64,000 nt of DNA from an uncultured Candidatus Saccharibacteria bacterium (GTDB taxonomy: Bacteria > Patescibacteriota > Saccharimonadia > UBA4664 > CAZJNH01). Location: NCBI GenBank assembly GCA_964547425.1, contig CAZJNH010000005.1, forward strand, positions 17,703-81,702, given 5' to 3'. The position numbers and the translations under genes are program-made. Below are positions 27,385 through 37,303 of the stretch, piece after piece. The notes beneath the pieces were generated by a model that made no database searches, was not told where the DNA came from, and saw only the letters and a program-made list of their open reading frames with translations. Each line of letters opens with the position of its first letter. Within the stretch, counting starts at the first letter, position 1.

Positions 27385-28944
27385 ATGAGGGGTCCAAACA
27401 GCGTGAGGGAATTTATCAGCCAGAAAAAGCAGGCCTATCTGGCCTTGTCGCAGGAAAACAAATTCTTCCAGCCCGGCCTGCTCGTGGTGGTAGCTCTGTT
27501 GGCGATTGTCGGTATCTACTTAATCTTCCGATCCTTTGCTGCCACCGTCCAAACTCTAACTTTTGGACCCATAGCCGACGCCACGGTCGCGAACAAAACC
27601 GCAGCTAGTACTAACTACGGAGCCAATACAACTTTGGTGGCGGTGGCTGGGTCAGCTACCACCAGCCGTAAGGATTTCTTACTGAAGTTCACGGTCAGTG
27701 GAATCTCTGGCAAGAAAATTGATTCGATCAAAGTTAAGTTATACGCCACCAACGGTTCGGCCTCCGGGGGCAAAATCTATGGTACCGCTAATACGGTAAT
27801 TAACTCAGATAATTCCGTCTCCGCTTTGCCCGACTGGAACGATGGTTCGGTTAATTGGAACACCGCTTACAAAACCGCCAACCCACCCCTTTTAGACTCA
27901 ATTGGCACAGTCTCAGCTGGTCATTGGTACAACTTTAATGTCACCGCCGCGGTCAAAGGTGATGGCACCTATACTTTTCGGGTAGCCAACGGCTCCGCTA
28001 ATAACGTTACTTACGGCTCTAAAGAATCCGCCACCCCGCCGCAACTGGTTGCCACCGTTGAGCAACCAGCTGACTCCACTCCCCCAAGTGCTCCGACCAA
28101 CCTTACAGCCGAAGTAAGAAGCGGCTCAATTACCGACCTATTTTGGACGCCCAGTATGGACAACGTTGGCGTGGTTAATTACTACGCTTATACCTCAGAT
28201 GGCACTATAGCTGGCGCCACATCTAACGAAGCGGCTGGTAGCACTTGGGTACACGTAGGTACAAAACCTGCCACTCAGTACAGCTACTACGTCAAGGCTG
28301 TCGACGCGTCAGGCAACCTCTCTGCTCCCTCAAACACCGTTACTATCACTAGCAACCCGATCGACACCACCGACCGCACCTGTGCCATGCCGGAAGGGTT
28401 CCAAATTGAAATCAACACGGCTGGTGGCTATACCTGCGACTCCATCTACTCAATGCTAAAAGAAAATGCCTACCCAAACGATTTCGCCAAAGTCACCGCC
28501 CACTTCAAAATAATGGTGCAAGACGTCTACCCGTCTTCGGTCACGGCGCATTCTAACACCGTCAACGGAACCACGTGGTATAGCGCAACGATGTACCTAA
28601 ATGGAGTTGGAAGCTCGTTTAGTGTTGACCCCGACGGCATTTTGGCTCACGAGTACGGCCATGTCTGGACGCTTTACGGGTGGAATATGCTCCATAACGA
28701 TGACTGGACCTTGTACAACAATATTCGCTGGGATGCCGACGATGGGTCGAGTATTATTGCCCAAAACCCTCTGCTACACAAATCGTATGAGTGGGACCAA
28801 GCCGAAATGATAGCAGAGGATTACCGATTACTGTTTGGGGGCCCAGCCGCTAAATATTTTAGACACATCAACCCCGATATCGCTGATCCAAGGCTTCAGC
28901 CCGGCCTCAAAGATTGGCTACTCCACACCTGGGCTAATGAATAA
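27385..28944 (+). CDS. Surface protein: TM + CBM96/DNRLRE-like + FN3 + HExxH zinc peptidase-like domain (paralog 1)
   Basis: IFRSFAAT, ADATV..TNYG..LLKF..SKE, DSTPPSAPTNL FN3, HEYGH, EMIAEDY. Confidence 0.75.
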   Translation: MRGPNSVREFISQKKQAYLALSQENKFFQPGLLVVVALLAIVGIYLIFRSFAATVQTLTFGPIADATVANKTAASTNYGANTTLVAVAGSATTSRKDFLLKFTVSGISGKKIDSIKVKLYATNGSASGGKIYGTANTVINSDNSVSALPDWNDGSVNWNTAYKTANPPLLDSIGTVSAGHWYNFNVTAAVKGDGTYTFRVANGSANNVTYGSKESATPPQLVATVEQPADSTPPSAPTNLTAEVRSGSITDLFWTPSMDNVGVVNYYAYTSDGTIAGATSNEAAGSTWVHVGTKPATQYSYYVKAVDASGNLSAPSNTVTITSNPIDTTDRTCAMPEGFQIEINTAGGYTCDSIYSMLKENAYPNDFAKVTAHFKIMVQDVYPSSVTAHSNTVNGTTWYSATMYLNGVGSSFSVDPDGILAHEYGHVWTLYGWNMLHNDDWTLYNNIRWDADDGSSIIAQNPLLHKSYEWDQAEMIAEDYRLLFGGPAAKYFRHINPDIADPRLQPGLKDWLLHTWANE

Positions 28945-30517
28945 AATGAAAGCGTTCATCAATCAGAAAAAACAAGCTTTTCACGCACTTGGCCAGCAGA
29001 ACAAATTCCTCCAACCGGGTCTGCTCGTGGTTGTGGCTCTTTTGGCTGTTGTCGGCATTTACCTTATCTTCCGCTCGTTTGCCGCTACCGTTCAAACCTT
29101 AACTTTTACACCTACGGCAGACGCAACGGTCGCGAACAAAGGTGCCGCAAATACTAATTATGGTACCAATCCAACCCTCATAGCGGTCGCCGGTACTAGC
29201 ACCACGGCCCGCAAGGATTTTTTGCTCAAGTTCACCGTCTCAGGAATCTCCGGGAAGAAAATCGATTCGATCAAGCTTAAGCTCTACGCTACTAACGGGT
29301 CAGGCTCGGGTGGCAAAATCTATGCCGCCAATAATACAGTCATTAGCTCAGATAACTCCACTTCGACGCTGCCGGATTGGACGGATGGTTCTGTGAATTG
29401 GAACAACGCCTACAAGATCGTTAACCCGCCAGTATTAGCTTCAGTTGGCTCGGTCTCCGCAGGGCACTGGTACTCCTTTGACGTTACTGCCGCGGTTAAA
29501 GTTGACGGTACTTACACATTCCGAGTGGCCTCAAGTTCGACCAACAACGTGGCTTACGGCTCAAAAGAGTCAGCGTACGCTCCTCAAATAGTAGCCACCG
29601 TCGAACCTCCTGCCGACACGATAGCTCCGACAGCACCAAGTGGGCTTAAGGGCTTTACGGTTGACTCGACCCGGGCAGATCTAAGCTGGACACCAAGCAG
29701 TGATGATCAAGGGGTTGTTGGGTATTATGTTTACGCTAACGGAGTTAAGGTCGACGAAACCCACTTCACCCAATTAATACCAGCCATAATGGCGGAGAAC
29801 TTAAGACCTTCCACCCTGAATAGCATTTACGTTAAGGCCGTAGACGCAGCTGGCAACCTGTCTCCGTCCTCCAATACCATTACTCTAACCACCAATCCAC
29901 CAGGGCCAACCATAGTTACATGCCCTACGACGGCGGAAGGAGTAAAGATAAGTATCAACTCAGCTTCCAGCTTTAGTTGCGCCTCCATCAACAACATCCT
30001 AAAAGCCAACGCGTACCCGGGAGACTTTGCTAAGATCGCGCCCCTTTTGACGATTAACGTGCAGGATACCATTCCGACGCAAGTAGCACCCTCCTTATCT
30101 AGTGAAAATGGCGTCTTTACGGCCTTCACGGCCATTCTTTACTTTAAAGGGGTAAATTCAACTGCTTCAATCGTCCCAGATCGCCAGCTAAGCCATGAGT
30201 ACGGCCATGTGTGGAATTTCTACCACGACTACATCGACCACAACGGGGATCTTCGCCTCAATAGGGAAAATTCAATATACGATAAAACCCGCTGGGACAT
30301 TGAGGATGGGGCCCTAACCATTAGTCAGAATCCATTGTTAAACCACTCCTACGAATGGCAAGACCAGGAAATCATTGCCGAGGACTACCGCCTACAATTC
30401 GGTTCGCTTCTAGGCATTGCCGAAGGTACTCAGATCAACCCCGACATCCCTGATCCCCGGAGTCAGCCTGGCCTGCGCGACTGGTTCCTCAACACCTGGG
30501 CCGTTAAACAGCCTTAG
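28937..30517 (+). CDS. Surface protein, tandem paralog 2 with the same architecture
   Basis: Highly similar N-terminal half; HEYGH, EIIAEDY. Confidence 0.75.
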   Translation: MNKMKAFINQKKQAFHALGQQNKFLQPGLLVVVALLAVVGIYLIFRSFAATVQTLTFTPTADATVANKGAANTNYGTNPTLIAVAGTSTTARKDFLLKFTVSGISGKKIDSIKLKLYATNGSGSGGKIYAANNTVISSDNSTSTLPDWTDGSVNWNNAYKIVNPPVLASVGSVSAGHWYSFDVTAAVKVDGTYTFRVASSSTNNVAYGSKESAYAPQIVATVEPPADTIAPTAPSGLKGFTVDSTRADLSWTPSSDDQGVVGYYVYANGVKVDETHFTQLIPAIMAENLRPSTLNSIYVKAVDAAGNLSPSSNTITLTTNPPGPTIVTCPTTAEGVKISINSASSFSCASINNILKANAYPGDFAKIAPLLTINVQDTIPTQVAPSLSSENGVFTAFTAILYFKGVNSTASIVPDRQLSHEYGHVWNFYHDYIDHNGDLRLNRENSIYDKTRWDIEDGALTISQNPLLNHSYEWQDQEIIAEDYRLQFGSLLGIAEGTQINPDIPDPRSQPGLRDWFLNTWAVKQP

Positions 30518-31227
30518 AATTCTTGTTTGGAGTACCAGTGCTCTTCGTTCACGAACTTGCTGCGCTTACCTTCGATCATCGCCAGCTCTGTTTCGAAACT
30601 GGCAAACCTCTTTTTCAGTTTGCGCGCCTGGTCGATGCTCATCCATTTGTTGCGCCCGCCTTCAAACTTCTCGATCAGTTTGCCTTTCACGTTTGTACAG
30701 TGGACCACGAAAAACATTTTGTCTTCCATATTCTCGCCGGTTTCTTTGAGATAGGTGTGCTCGTGATAAAGTCCGGTCGTTTTGAAATCCGCTTCGAGCC
30801 CAGTTTCTTCCATCAGTTCCCGGCCGGCTGTGAGAGTTAGGGTCTCGCCCCACCGCACTTTGCCGGTCGGAAAGCCCCAATAACCGAAGTAGGGATTCTT
30901 CAAACGTTCCTGGAATAACAGCTGGCGCTGGCCCCGAAATTCCCGTTCAATCGCCAATAGCACCGCAACCTTAGGCTGGCGCTCAATGGTCTTGGAGTCG
31001 GTGTCGAGCTTGTTGGCGTACTCTTTGCCTTTTGGGCTTAACCGGTACTTCCCGCGGGAGACTTTTTCGACCAGACCGTAGTCTACCAACCGGGCGATGT
31101 GGAAGCTAAAGTGGTCACTAGACAGCCCGGTCGGCTTTTGGAGTTCCGAATATCCGGCGTGAGGCAAAAACAACAGTTCCCGCAGAATGCTGGTTTGGGC
31201 GGCATGGATCTTTACCTCGAGACTCAT
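30514..31227 (-). CDS. Winged-HTH + NUDIX hydrolase
   Basis: N-terminal wHTH; GKVRWGE....AGRELMEETGL Nudix box. Confidence 0.85.
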   Translation of the reverse strand: MSLEVKIHAAQTSILRELLFLPHAGYSELQKPTGLSSDHFSFHIARLVDYGLVEKVSRGKYRLSPKGKEYANKLDTDSKTIERQPKVAVLLAIEREFRGQRQLLFQERLKNPYFGYWGFPTGKVRWGETLTLTAGRELMEETGLEADFKTTGLYHEHTYLKETGENMEDKMFFVVHCTNVKGKLIEKFEGGRNKWMSIDQARKLKKRFASFETELAMIEGKRSKFVNEEHWYSKQEF

Positions 31228-31241
31228 GCGCCAATCTTAAC

Positions 31242-31778
31242 CTAAGCGGACAATAAATCTAGTAAAGTCGACTTTACTATTTCGGCATCACTCGGTTTTG
31301 TGAAGTGCCCGTGCCCATCAACTTCGATCTTTTTCGCGCCGATCTTTTCCGCGACCGCCCGAGCCGATTCTGGCGAAACCACATCGTCATCTTTCGACAG
31401 CAAGACCGTCACTTTTTCCTTCCAGCGCTTAACCCTCTCAACGTCTATCAACCGCTGCCATTTGTTGTCCGATTTCTTGTGCGGGATGTCGGGCGGAGCG
31501 ATTAATAACACTCCGTCGATATTTTTAGCGTTCGACTTCTCAAGATAAAAGATCACGGCCCGCGTCCCCAAACTGTGGCCAACCAGAAAAACCGGCTGGT
31601 CCGCCGATTCCACTTCTCGTTTGATTATTTCGATCCACTCCTCAGCTGGCGGATGCTTGTGCCCCGGCATCGCTGGAATTATCACTTCATGGCCGAGCTT
31701 CTCTAACTCCTCCCGAATCTGCGGATACCAATCCGCCTCCGGCTTCGACATATACCCATGAATAAAAACAAATTTCAT
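31242..31778 (-). CDS. RBBP9/YdeN family alpha/beta hydrolase
   Basis: IHGY, GHSLG, SKDD, GHF; start moved to 31778. Confidence 0.85.
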   Translation of the reverse strand: MKFVFIHGYMSKPEADWYPQIREELEKLGHEVIIPAMPGHKHPPAEEWIEIIKREVESADQPVFLVGHSLGTRAVIFYLEKSNAKNIDGVLLIAPPDIPHKKSDNKWQRLIDVERVKRWKEKVTVLLSKDDDVVSPESARAVAEKIGAKKIEVDGHGHFTKPSDAEIVKSTLLDLLSA

Positions 31779-32275
31779 TTTGGATAAATTAAATCGATCG
31801 CTATTTGCATTGAGGGTACGTACTTTCCCGGATTTTGGGCAACATCTTTGATAAGCTCTTCTTTCGGTACCCAAGCGACCTTTTCAACTTCATCTTCCTG
31901 AAGGCGAAATTCCGACTCCGGCCGGTCAAGCTTCGCGGTAAACAACTGAATCCATTGTTTGCGTGGCCCCACAGACATAAGTTTTGGACCTAACACAAAC
32001 TTCACTCCACTAAGCCCAATTTCTTCTTCGGCCTCTTTATAAATGTTGGATTCATAGGTCTCATCATGCTCAACCGTTCCGGCCACGGCGGGTCCCCATT
32101 TGTTTGGCTCCTTAGCCTTGGTATGGTGACGCTGGGCTATCAGGACATCGCCCTTCGAGTTAGTTAGCCAAAGCGCGGAGCAGCGGAAAATATCGATGCC
32201 TTCTCTGATCTTTCGCCGATCTAAACTTCCAATCACTTTGTCCTGATCATCAACGATTAGCACCTTCGGCTTCAC
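31775..32275 (-). CDS. NUDIX hydrolase (IDI/YfcD-like)
   Basis: AGTVEHDETY...KEAEEEIGL, QEDEV. Confidence 0.8.
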   Translation of the reverse strand: MKPKVLIVDDQDKVIGSLDRRKIREGIDIFRCSALWLTNSKGDVLIAQRHHTKAKEPNKWGPAVAGTVEHDETYESNIYKEAEEEIGLSGVKFVLGPKLMSVGPRKQWIQLFTAKLDRPESEFRLQEDEVEKVAWVPKEELIKDVAQNPGKYVPSMQIAIDLIYPK

Positions 32276-32811
32276 TTCAACTTATCCAAAACGGCCGGGG
32301 CGAGTTCGGGGAAGTCTTTGTCCATGAAATGATTTCGATTGGCGAATTCGTGATAGTCGGTGTTCAACTTTTTGTGCACGAATCGTGATTCTTCCGCCGG
32401 AATGAATTCGTCGTCGGTCGAAGCAAACTGGATAATCCATTTTTGGTTAGCTTTGATTTTGTTCCATTGCCAGGGTTTATCGAAATAACCACTCTCTTTT
32501 TCGTCTTCGTAACCTAAATCAGTGTGGTAGGTGCCGATTAAGACCGAACCAAGAAGTTTGTGATCTTCGGCGTAACGCATGACCGCGATCGCACCCGACG
32601 AATGGCCAATGATTATCGTATTTTCGTCGGCCTTAAGTTCATTTTCGATGTATGGCAGCCAGAATTTTGCGCGAGCTTTAACGTTGTCCGGCATCGTTCC
32701 CGCCCAAACCTCAACCCCGGCTTTCTCCAGCTCCGTCTTAACCCCCGGGATCCAAATATCATTCCCCGTCGCCCCACCATTCCCGTGGATGATAATCACA
32801 CGCGGCTTCAT
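32272..32811 (-). CDS. RBBP9/YdeN family alpha/beta hydrolase
   Basis: IHGNGG, GHSSGA, STDDEFIP, NHF. Confidence 0.88.
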   Translation of the reverse strand: MKPRVIIIHGNGGATGNDIWIPGVKTELEKAGVEVWAGTMPDNVKARAKFWLPYIENELKADENTIIIGHSSGAIAVMRYAEDHKLLGSVLIGTYHTDLGYEDEKESGYFDKPWQWNKIKANQKWIIQFASTDDEFIPAEESRFVHKKLNTDYHEFANRNHFMDKDFPELAPAVLDKLK

Positions 32812-33470
32812 TGGAGTTCCTGGTATTCTTTAACACCTTTGACTAAATCACCAAACCCCGAAACTATGTGCGTTGGCCCGTAAGCCTTCAGTTTATCGAA
32901 GTCGTAAAATATCTCGTGCTGTTTAGGAAAAACCAAAATACTGTCTACGCCCGCATTCTTCGCTGCTTCGATATCCTTTGCCGAATCGCCGATCATCACC
33001 GCCTGCGCTTTTTCACCTCCTAATTCTTTGAGTGCCTTTTCTATGACCTCGGGATGGGGCTTGTGGCTAGTGACGTCATCGGCGGTCAAAATAACTTCAA
33101 AGTATGACCGAACCCCTGTGTTATCGAGTGGTTTTTTGATGTCTTGTGGTCTGGAACTAGTCAGCAAAGCAAGTTTTTTACCAGCCGCCTTAAGCTCTTC
33201 CAGCAATTGCTTGGCTCCCTCGTATAAGTGAACATGAGGGAGTTTTTCTTCTACAATTCGGTCCATTAGATCCATACAGGAAGTATAATCGGCTTCACTA
33301 ACTCCAAGATTCTTAGGACCGTTCCAGTTGCCGAATTGGTTAGCGATCTCTTTGTCGGTAGCATGAACGCCGAACTTTGCCATCGACTGCCGATAAGCTT
33401 CCAGCCAAATCTCAAGAGTGTTGGCGAGGCAGCCGTCCCAATCGAACAAGAAATAATCGTAGTTTTTCAC
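32808..33470 (-). CDS. HAD-IA phosphatase (PpaX/Gph-like)
   Basis: FDWDGCL, TS, KPHPE, IGDS..D. Confidence 0.88.
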   Translation of the reverse strand: MKNYDYFLFDWDGCLANTLEIWLEAYRQSMAKFGVHATDKEIANQFGNWNGPKNLGVSEADYTSCMDLMDRIVEEKLPHVHLYEGAKQLLEELKAAGKKLALLTSSRPQDIKKPLDNTGVRSYFEVILTADDVTSHKPHPEVIEKALKELGGEKAQAVMIGDSAKDIEAAKNAGVDSILVFPKQHEIFYDFDKLKAYGPTHIVSGFGDLVKGVKEYQELQ

Positions 33471-33505
33471 TTCAGCTGGTCCCAGTTTTGGCCGATGACG
33501 GTCAT
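33467..33505 (-). other. Duplicated polA 3' end forming mini-ORF MTVIGQNWDQLK
   Basis: 33471-33497 identical (27 bp) to 34432-34458; start overlaps the upstream stop, stop overlaps the downstream GTG. Confidence 0.75.
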
Positions 33506-34431
33506 CAATTGAGTACCCCCGACTTATTTATGCTGTAGGTCCGGACGTGCGATTCGCCGAGCTCCGCGCTGCCATCCTCCTTCAGGATCCTGGTATGAGT
33601 TTCAAAACTGACTGGCTCGCCCGTCATTAGCAAGGAATGGGCTTCATCATCAAGGCTATAAAACGCTGGGCCAAACTGCCTTTTTCCGTCATGGCTTTGA
33701 TACACGACCGGATTAGTGACATCGAGCAAAATATGCACACCTTGCTTAGGCTCTAGAACCTGGAACGAATGCATTTCTTGAGTTTTTTGCCCTTGCGATT
33801 CGGTCTCTAGTTTACCCGCTACAAGTGTAGACTTAATGCCAGCGAATTTAAGTAAATTGTGCGTTACGGCAGCCCGTTCGGTACAGGCTGCAACGGCTTT
33901 GCCGGTCTCCTCAGCTTTATCGGCGAACTCTTTAATAGACATAACTCGCTCGGACTCAGTTCCATCTTCGTTGGGTTGAAGTACGCCAGCATCCATGATC
34001 ATCCGTTGCCTCTCAGACGAAGAACCAAAGCCCTTGAAGTAGACGGCTTGGCCATAAAATGCTTCTCGGATGGCCATATTAAAATAACCGGTCGGATCAT
34101 TCTCTGTCTGTGGCAACTTTTCAAAGTTGCGGTACTGCTTAATCCTGTCGACAAAGATTTTATAAGGCTGCTCATCGTCTAACTTATAGCTTCCTCCCAT
34201 CATCAAGTTGGGCGTGATTTCAGTCTCCGGGTGAATAAACTCAGCGTACGGTTTAGACATAGCATCGAGGTGTGTTTTGACACTCTTTTCATTCAGTTCG
34301 CTTAAGCGCTTATCAATAAATTCATCGTAGTTGATTGATTCAATGTTTGCTTGTTTATCGACGATCGCCGCCAATTCAGCCGGGTATTTTGGCTGCTCAG
34401 TCTCCGCGTTAAAGCCCTGGGTTTCGCTCAT
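33505..34431 (-). CDS. Orphan with transglutaminase/papain-like Cys-His-Asp motifs
   Basis: AACTERAA..HNLL..AG, MHSF, LLDVTNP; acidic N-terminus. Confidence 0.6.
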   Translation of the reverse strand: MSETQGFNAETEQPKYPAELAAIVDKQANIESINYDEFIDKRLSELNEKSVKTHLDAMSKPYAEFIHPETEITPNLMMGGSYKLDDEQPYKIFVDRIKQYRNFEKLPQTENDPTGYFNMAIREAFYGQAVYFKGFGSSSERQRMIMDAGVLQPNEDGTESERVMSIKEFADKAEETGKAVAACTERAAVTHNLLKFAGIKSTLVAGKLETESQGQKTQEMHSFQVLEPKQGVHILLDVTNPVVYQSHDGKRQFGPAFYSLDDEAHSLLMTGEPVSFETHTRILKEDGSAELGESHVRTYSINKSGVLN

Positions 34432-37160
34432 TTCAGCTGGTCCCAGTTTTGGCCGATGGCAGTTGAGACTTCGATGGGAACGCCGAGGTCGTGGACGTTT
34501 TCCATTGTATCCTTCATGATTTTGGCGACCGCTTCGGCGTCCGTTTTATCGCATTCGGCGATCAATTCGTCGTGGATTTGCAGGAGCAGGTCGGCTTTGC
34601 CTTCCAGTTTTGGCGCCAGTTTGATCATAGCGATCCGCATAATGTCGGCCGCGGTACCCTGGATAGGCACGTTCACCGCCATGCGCTCGGCGGCGTTGGC
34701 GATCATAAAGTTGTTGGAGTTAATCTCCCCGCACGGCCGGCGGCGGCCAAACAAAGTTTCGACGTATTCGTTCTTGCGCGCGTCGGCTTTAACCTTGTCG
34801 ATGTACTCGCGAAGTTTCGGCCGTACCTGGTAGTAACGGTCAATGAAACCCTTGGCTTCCTCAAACGTCATGCCTGTACCCTGCGCCAAACTGTGCGCGC
34901 CCATACCGTAAAGCACGCCAAAGTTGGTGGTCTTGGCGTTGTAGCGCTGCTGTTTGGTAACTTTGTCGATCGGCACGCCATACAGCTCTGCCGCGGTTTG
35001 CTGATGAATGTCGATGCCCTCTTCGAAGGCTTTAATCATATCCTTGTCCTTCGAGAGAGCGGCAGCGACCCGCAGTTCAATCTGGGAGTAATCCGCGCCC
35101 ACAAACACCCGGCCTTTCGGGGCAATGAAGGCTTTGCGGATCTGCCGGCCCAGCTCGGTCCGGACCGGGATGTTCTGCAGGTTTGGATTTATCGAGTTCA
35201 GCCGGCCGGTTTGAGTAATGGTTTGGCTAAAGCTGGTGTGGATCCGGCCGTCGCCCGCCACCTGCTGCGGCAGTGTATCGATATAGGTGGTTTTGAGCTT
35301 CATCAGCTCCCGGAATTCCATTAAGTGGTCGATGATCGCGTGCGTGCCCTGAAGCTTGTCCAGTTCCTTCGCCGCGGTCGACAAACTGCCGGTTTTGCCC
35401 TTTTTTACACCTTGCGCTACCAAACCAAGCTTGTCGTAGAGAATCTTTGAGAGCTGCCCGGGGGCCGCGATATTAAACCGCTCGCCGGCTTGCTTATAAA
35501 TCTCCTGCTCAAGCTTGAGGATCTTGGCGCTGACTTCTTTATTCAGCTTCTTCAAGAATTCGACATCGAGAGAGATGCCGGCAATCTCCATTTCGGCCAG
35601 GACCTTTATCAGTGGCCAATCGGTTTCTTCAGCCAGTTTTTTGTAGTGCTTGTCGATGCCGGGCTTGAGTTTTTCATACAGCCTCCAGGTGACATCGGCG
35701 TCTTCGGCGGCGTAGCGAGTGGCGTCCTCGATGTTCGCCAGATCGAAAGTCGACTGGTTTTTGCCTCGGGGACCGATGAGATCCTCTATCGGGATCATCT
35801 CGATGCCCAGCTCACGGAAGGCCAGGTCGGAGAGCGTTGGTGTACGGGCTAGCGGGTTCAGAATAAAGCCGGCGATCATTGTGTCGAACGCTAAGTTTGA
35901 GATTTTGGCGCCATGTTTGCGCATAACCTCGTAGTCAAACTTGAGGTTGTGGCCGACGATTTGGCTCTTGGGATTCTCCAAAACCGGCCTAATAATTTCA
36001 ACGGCAATTTTAGTTTCCAGCTGCAGCCCTTCTTTGTGTCCGGTGGGAATGTAATACGCCTCTCCCTCCTTAAAACTGACCGACATACCAACCAAGTTGG
36101 CGGTCAAAGTATCCAGCGCGTCGGTCTCGACGTCGAACGCGAAAACCCGTTTTTGTTCAAGTTTTTTGACCAGCTCGCGCAGAGCTTTTTCGTCCGCAAC
36201 CGTAATGTAATTTGATTGTTCAATGTGCGTGCGTTTGACCGGCTCGGCCGCGCCCTCGAACAGCGTGCCCTGGCCGCCAGCGCTGCCACCCGGTAGTTTG
36301 TCCAGTAAACTTTTAAAGCCCATGTTCCTGAACAAGTTGTGCAGAGCCTGCCGGTCGACGTTACCAACCCGGACCTTCTCCAGATCAAGCTTGTACGGCG
36401 CGTCACACATAATCGTGGCTAATTTATAGCTTAAATAGGCGATATCTTTGTTATCCCGCAGTTTCTCCTGAACTTTGCCGGGGATCTCATCCAAGTGCTC
36501 ATAGATGCCATCGAGGCTTTTATACTCTGCCAGCAAACCAACCGCCGTTTTGTCGCCGACTCCCGGCACGCCGGGGATGTTGTCGCTCGAGTCGCCGGCC
36601 AGCGCTTTGTAATCGATCACCTGGTCCGGTTTAAAGCCGTAGCGTTCGTAAGCCTTAGCCGCGTCGATTATTTCGGTGTCGGTCATCCCCCGGCGCTGCA
36701 TAAAGATCGAAACGTGAGGGTGGTTATCTAGTAACTGGAAAGTGTCGCGGTCGTTGGTAACGACGATGATTTCGAGATTTTTGTCGGCTTGCTCAATGAT
36801 CGTTCCAATAATGTCGTCGGCCTCATAACCGTCTAGCTCGACCAACGGCAAACCCATCGCGGCTGCAAACTCCATTACATGAGGGATTTGAGCCTTAAAG
36901 TCATCCGGCATCACCTTGCGGGTAGCTTTGTACTCCGGGTACATCGCGAGGCGTTTGGTCAGCGCCGTTTTGGCCTTGTCCCAGGTGAGAATTGCGTAAT
37001 CCGGCTTGAGATCAGCGTAGGCTTTTAAAACCATTTGGGCGAAGCCGTAAACCCCGCCGGTCGGCTGGCCTTCGGGAGATGTCAAATTTCCCAGCGCGTG
37101 GTACGCCCGGTAAAACACCGCCTTCCCGTCTATTAAAACCAACCTCGGCTTCTTTGCCAT
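34428..37160 (-). CDS. polA: DNA polymerase I
   Basis: 5'-3' exonuclease EADDIIGT, 3'-5' exonuclease FDVET, DYSQIELR, QIHDEL. Confidence 0.99.
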   Translation of the reverse strand: MAKKPRLVLIDGKAVFYRAYHALGNLTSPEGQPTGGVYGFAQMVLKAYADLKPDYAILTWDKAKTALTKRLAMYPEYKATRKVMPDDFKAQIPHVMEFAAAMGLPLVELDGYEADDIIGTIIEQADKNLEIIVVTNDRDTFQLLDNHPHVSIFMQRRGMTDTEIIDAAKAYERYGFKPDQVIDYKALAGDSSDNIPGVPGVGDKTAVGLLAEYKSLDGIYEHLDEIPGKVQEKLRDNKDIAYLSYKLATIMCDAPYKLDLEKVRVGNVDRQALHNLFRNMGFKSLLDKLPGGSAGGQGTLFEGAAEPVKRTHIEQSNYITVADEKALRELVKKLEQKRVFAFDVETDALDTLTANLVGMSVSFKEGEAYYIPTGHKEGLQLETKIAVEIIRPVLENPKSQIVGHNLKFDYEVMRKHGAKISNLAFDTMIAGFILNPLARTPTLSDLAFRELGIEMIPIEDLIGPRGKNQSTFDLANIEDATRYAAEDADVTWRLYEKLKPGIDKHYKKLAEETDWPLIKVLAEMEIAGISLDVEFLKKLNKEVSAKILKLEQEIYKQAGERFNIAAPGQLSKILYDKLGLVAQGVKKGKTGSLSTAAKELDKLQGTHAIIDHLMEFRELMKLKTTYIDTLPQQVAGDGRIHTSFSQTITQTGRLNSINPNLQNIPVRTELGRQIRKAFIAPKGRVFVGADYSQIELRVAAALSKDKDMIKAFEEGIDIHQQTAAELYGVPIDKVTKQQRYNAKTTNFGVLYGMGAHSLAQGTGMTFEEAKGFIDRYYQVRPKLREYIDKVKADARKNEYVETLFGRRRPCGEINSNNFMIANAAERMAVNVPIQGTAADIMRIAMIKLAPKLEGKADLLLQIHDELIAECDKTDAEAVAKIMKDTMENVHDLGVPIEVSTAIGQNWDQLK

Positions 37161-37266
37161 AGCTCATTAATTATACCTGGGAAAGAGGAGAGCGCGACAT
37201 GCCCGGAGGGTCGGCTTAGCCGATCGCGCGAGATGAGGAGAAAACCCTGGTTGTCTCCTCATAGAT

Positions 37267-37303
37267 AAAGACGAACCCCGAAGGGTCCGCCTTCGGGGCT
37301 TAA
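37267..37303 (-). terminator. 37-bp stop-codon + terminator unit, copy 1
   Basis: TTAAGCCCCGAAGGCGGACCCTTCGGGGTTCGTCTTT, identical to 38211-38247. Confidence 0.85.

Noticed and set aside
27385-30517. Diversity-generating retroelement TR/VR pair
   Set aside because: Differences do not appear adenine-specific, both copies are full genes, and no reverse transcriptase is present.
34491-35324. Long antisense ORFs over polA and similar ones over other core genes
   Set aside because: These are shadow frames of well-supported genes.
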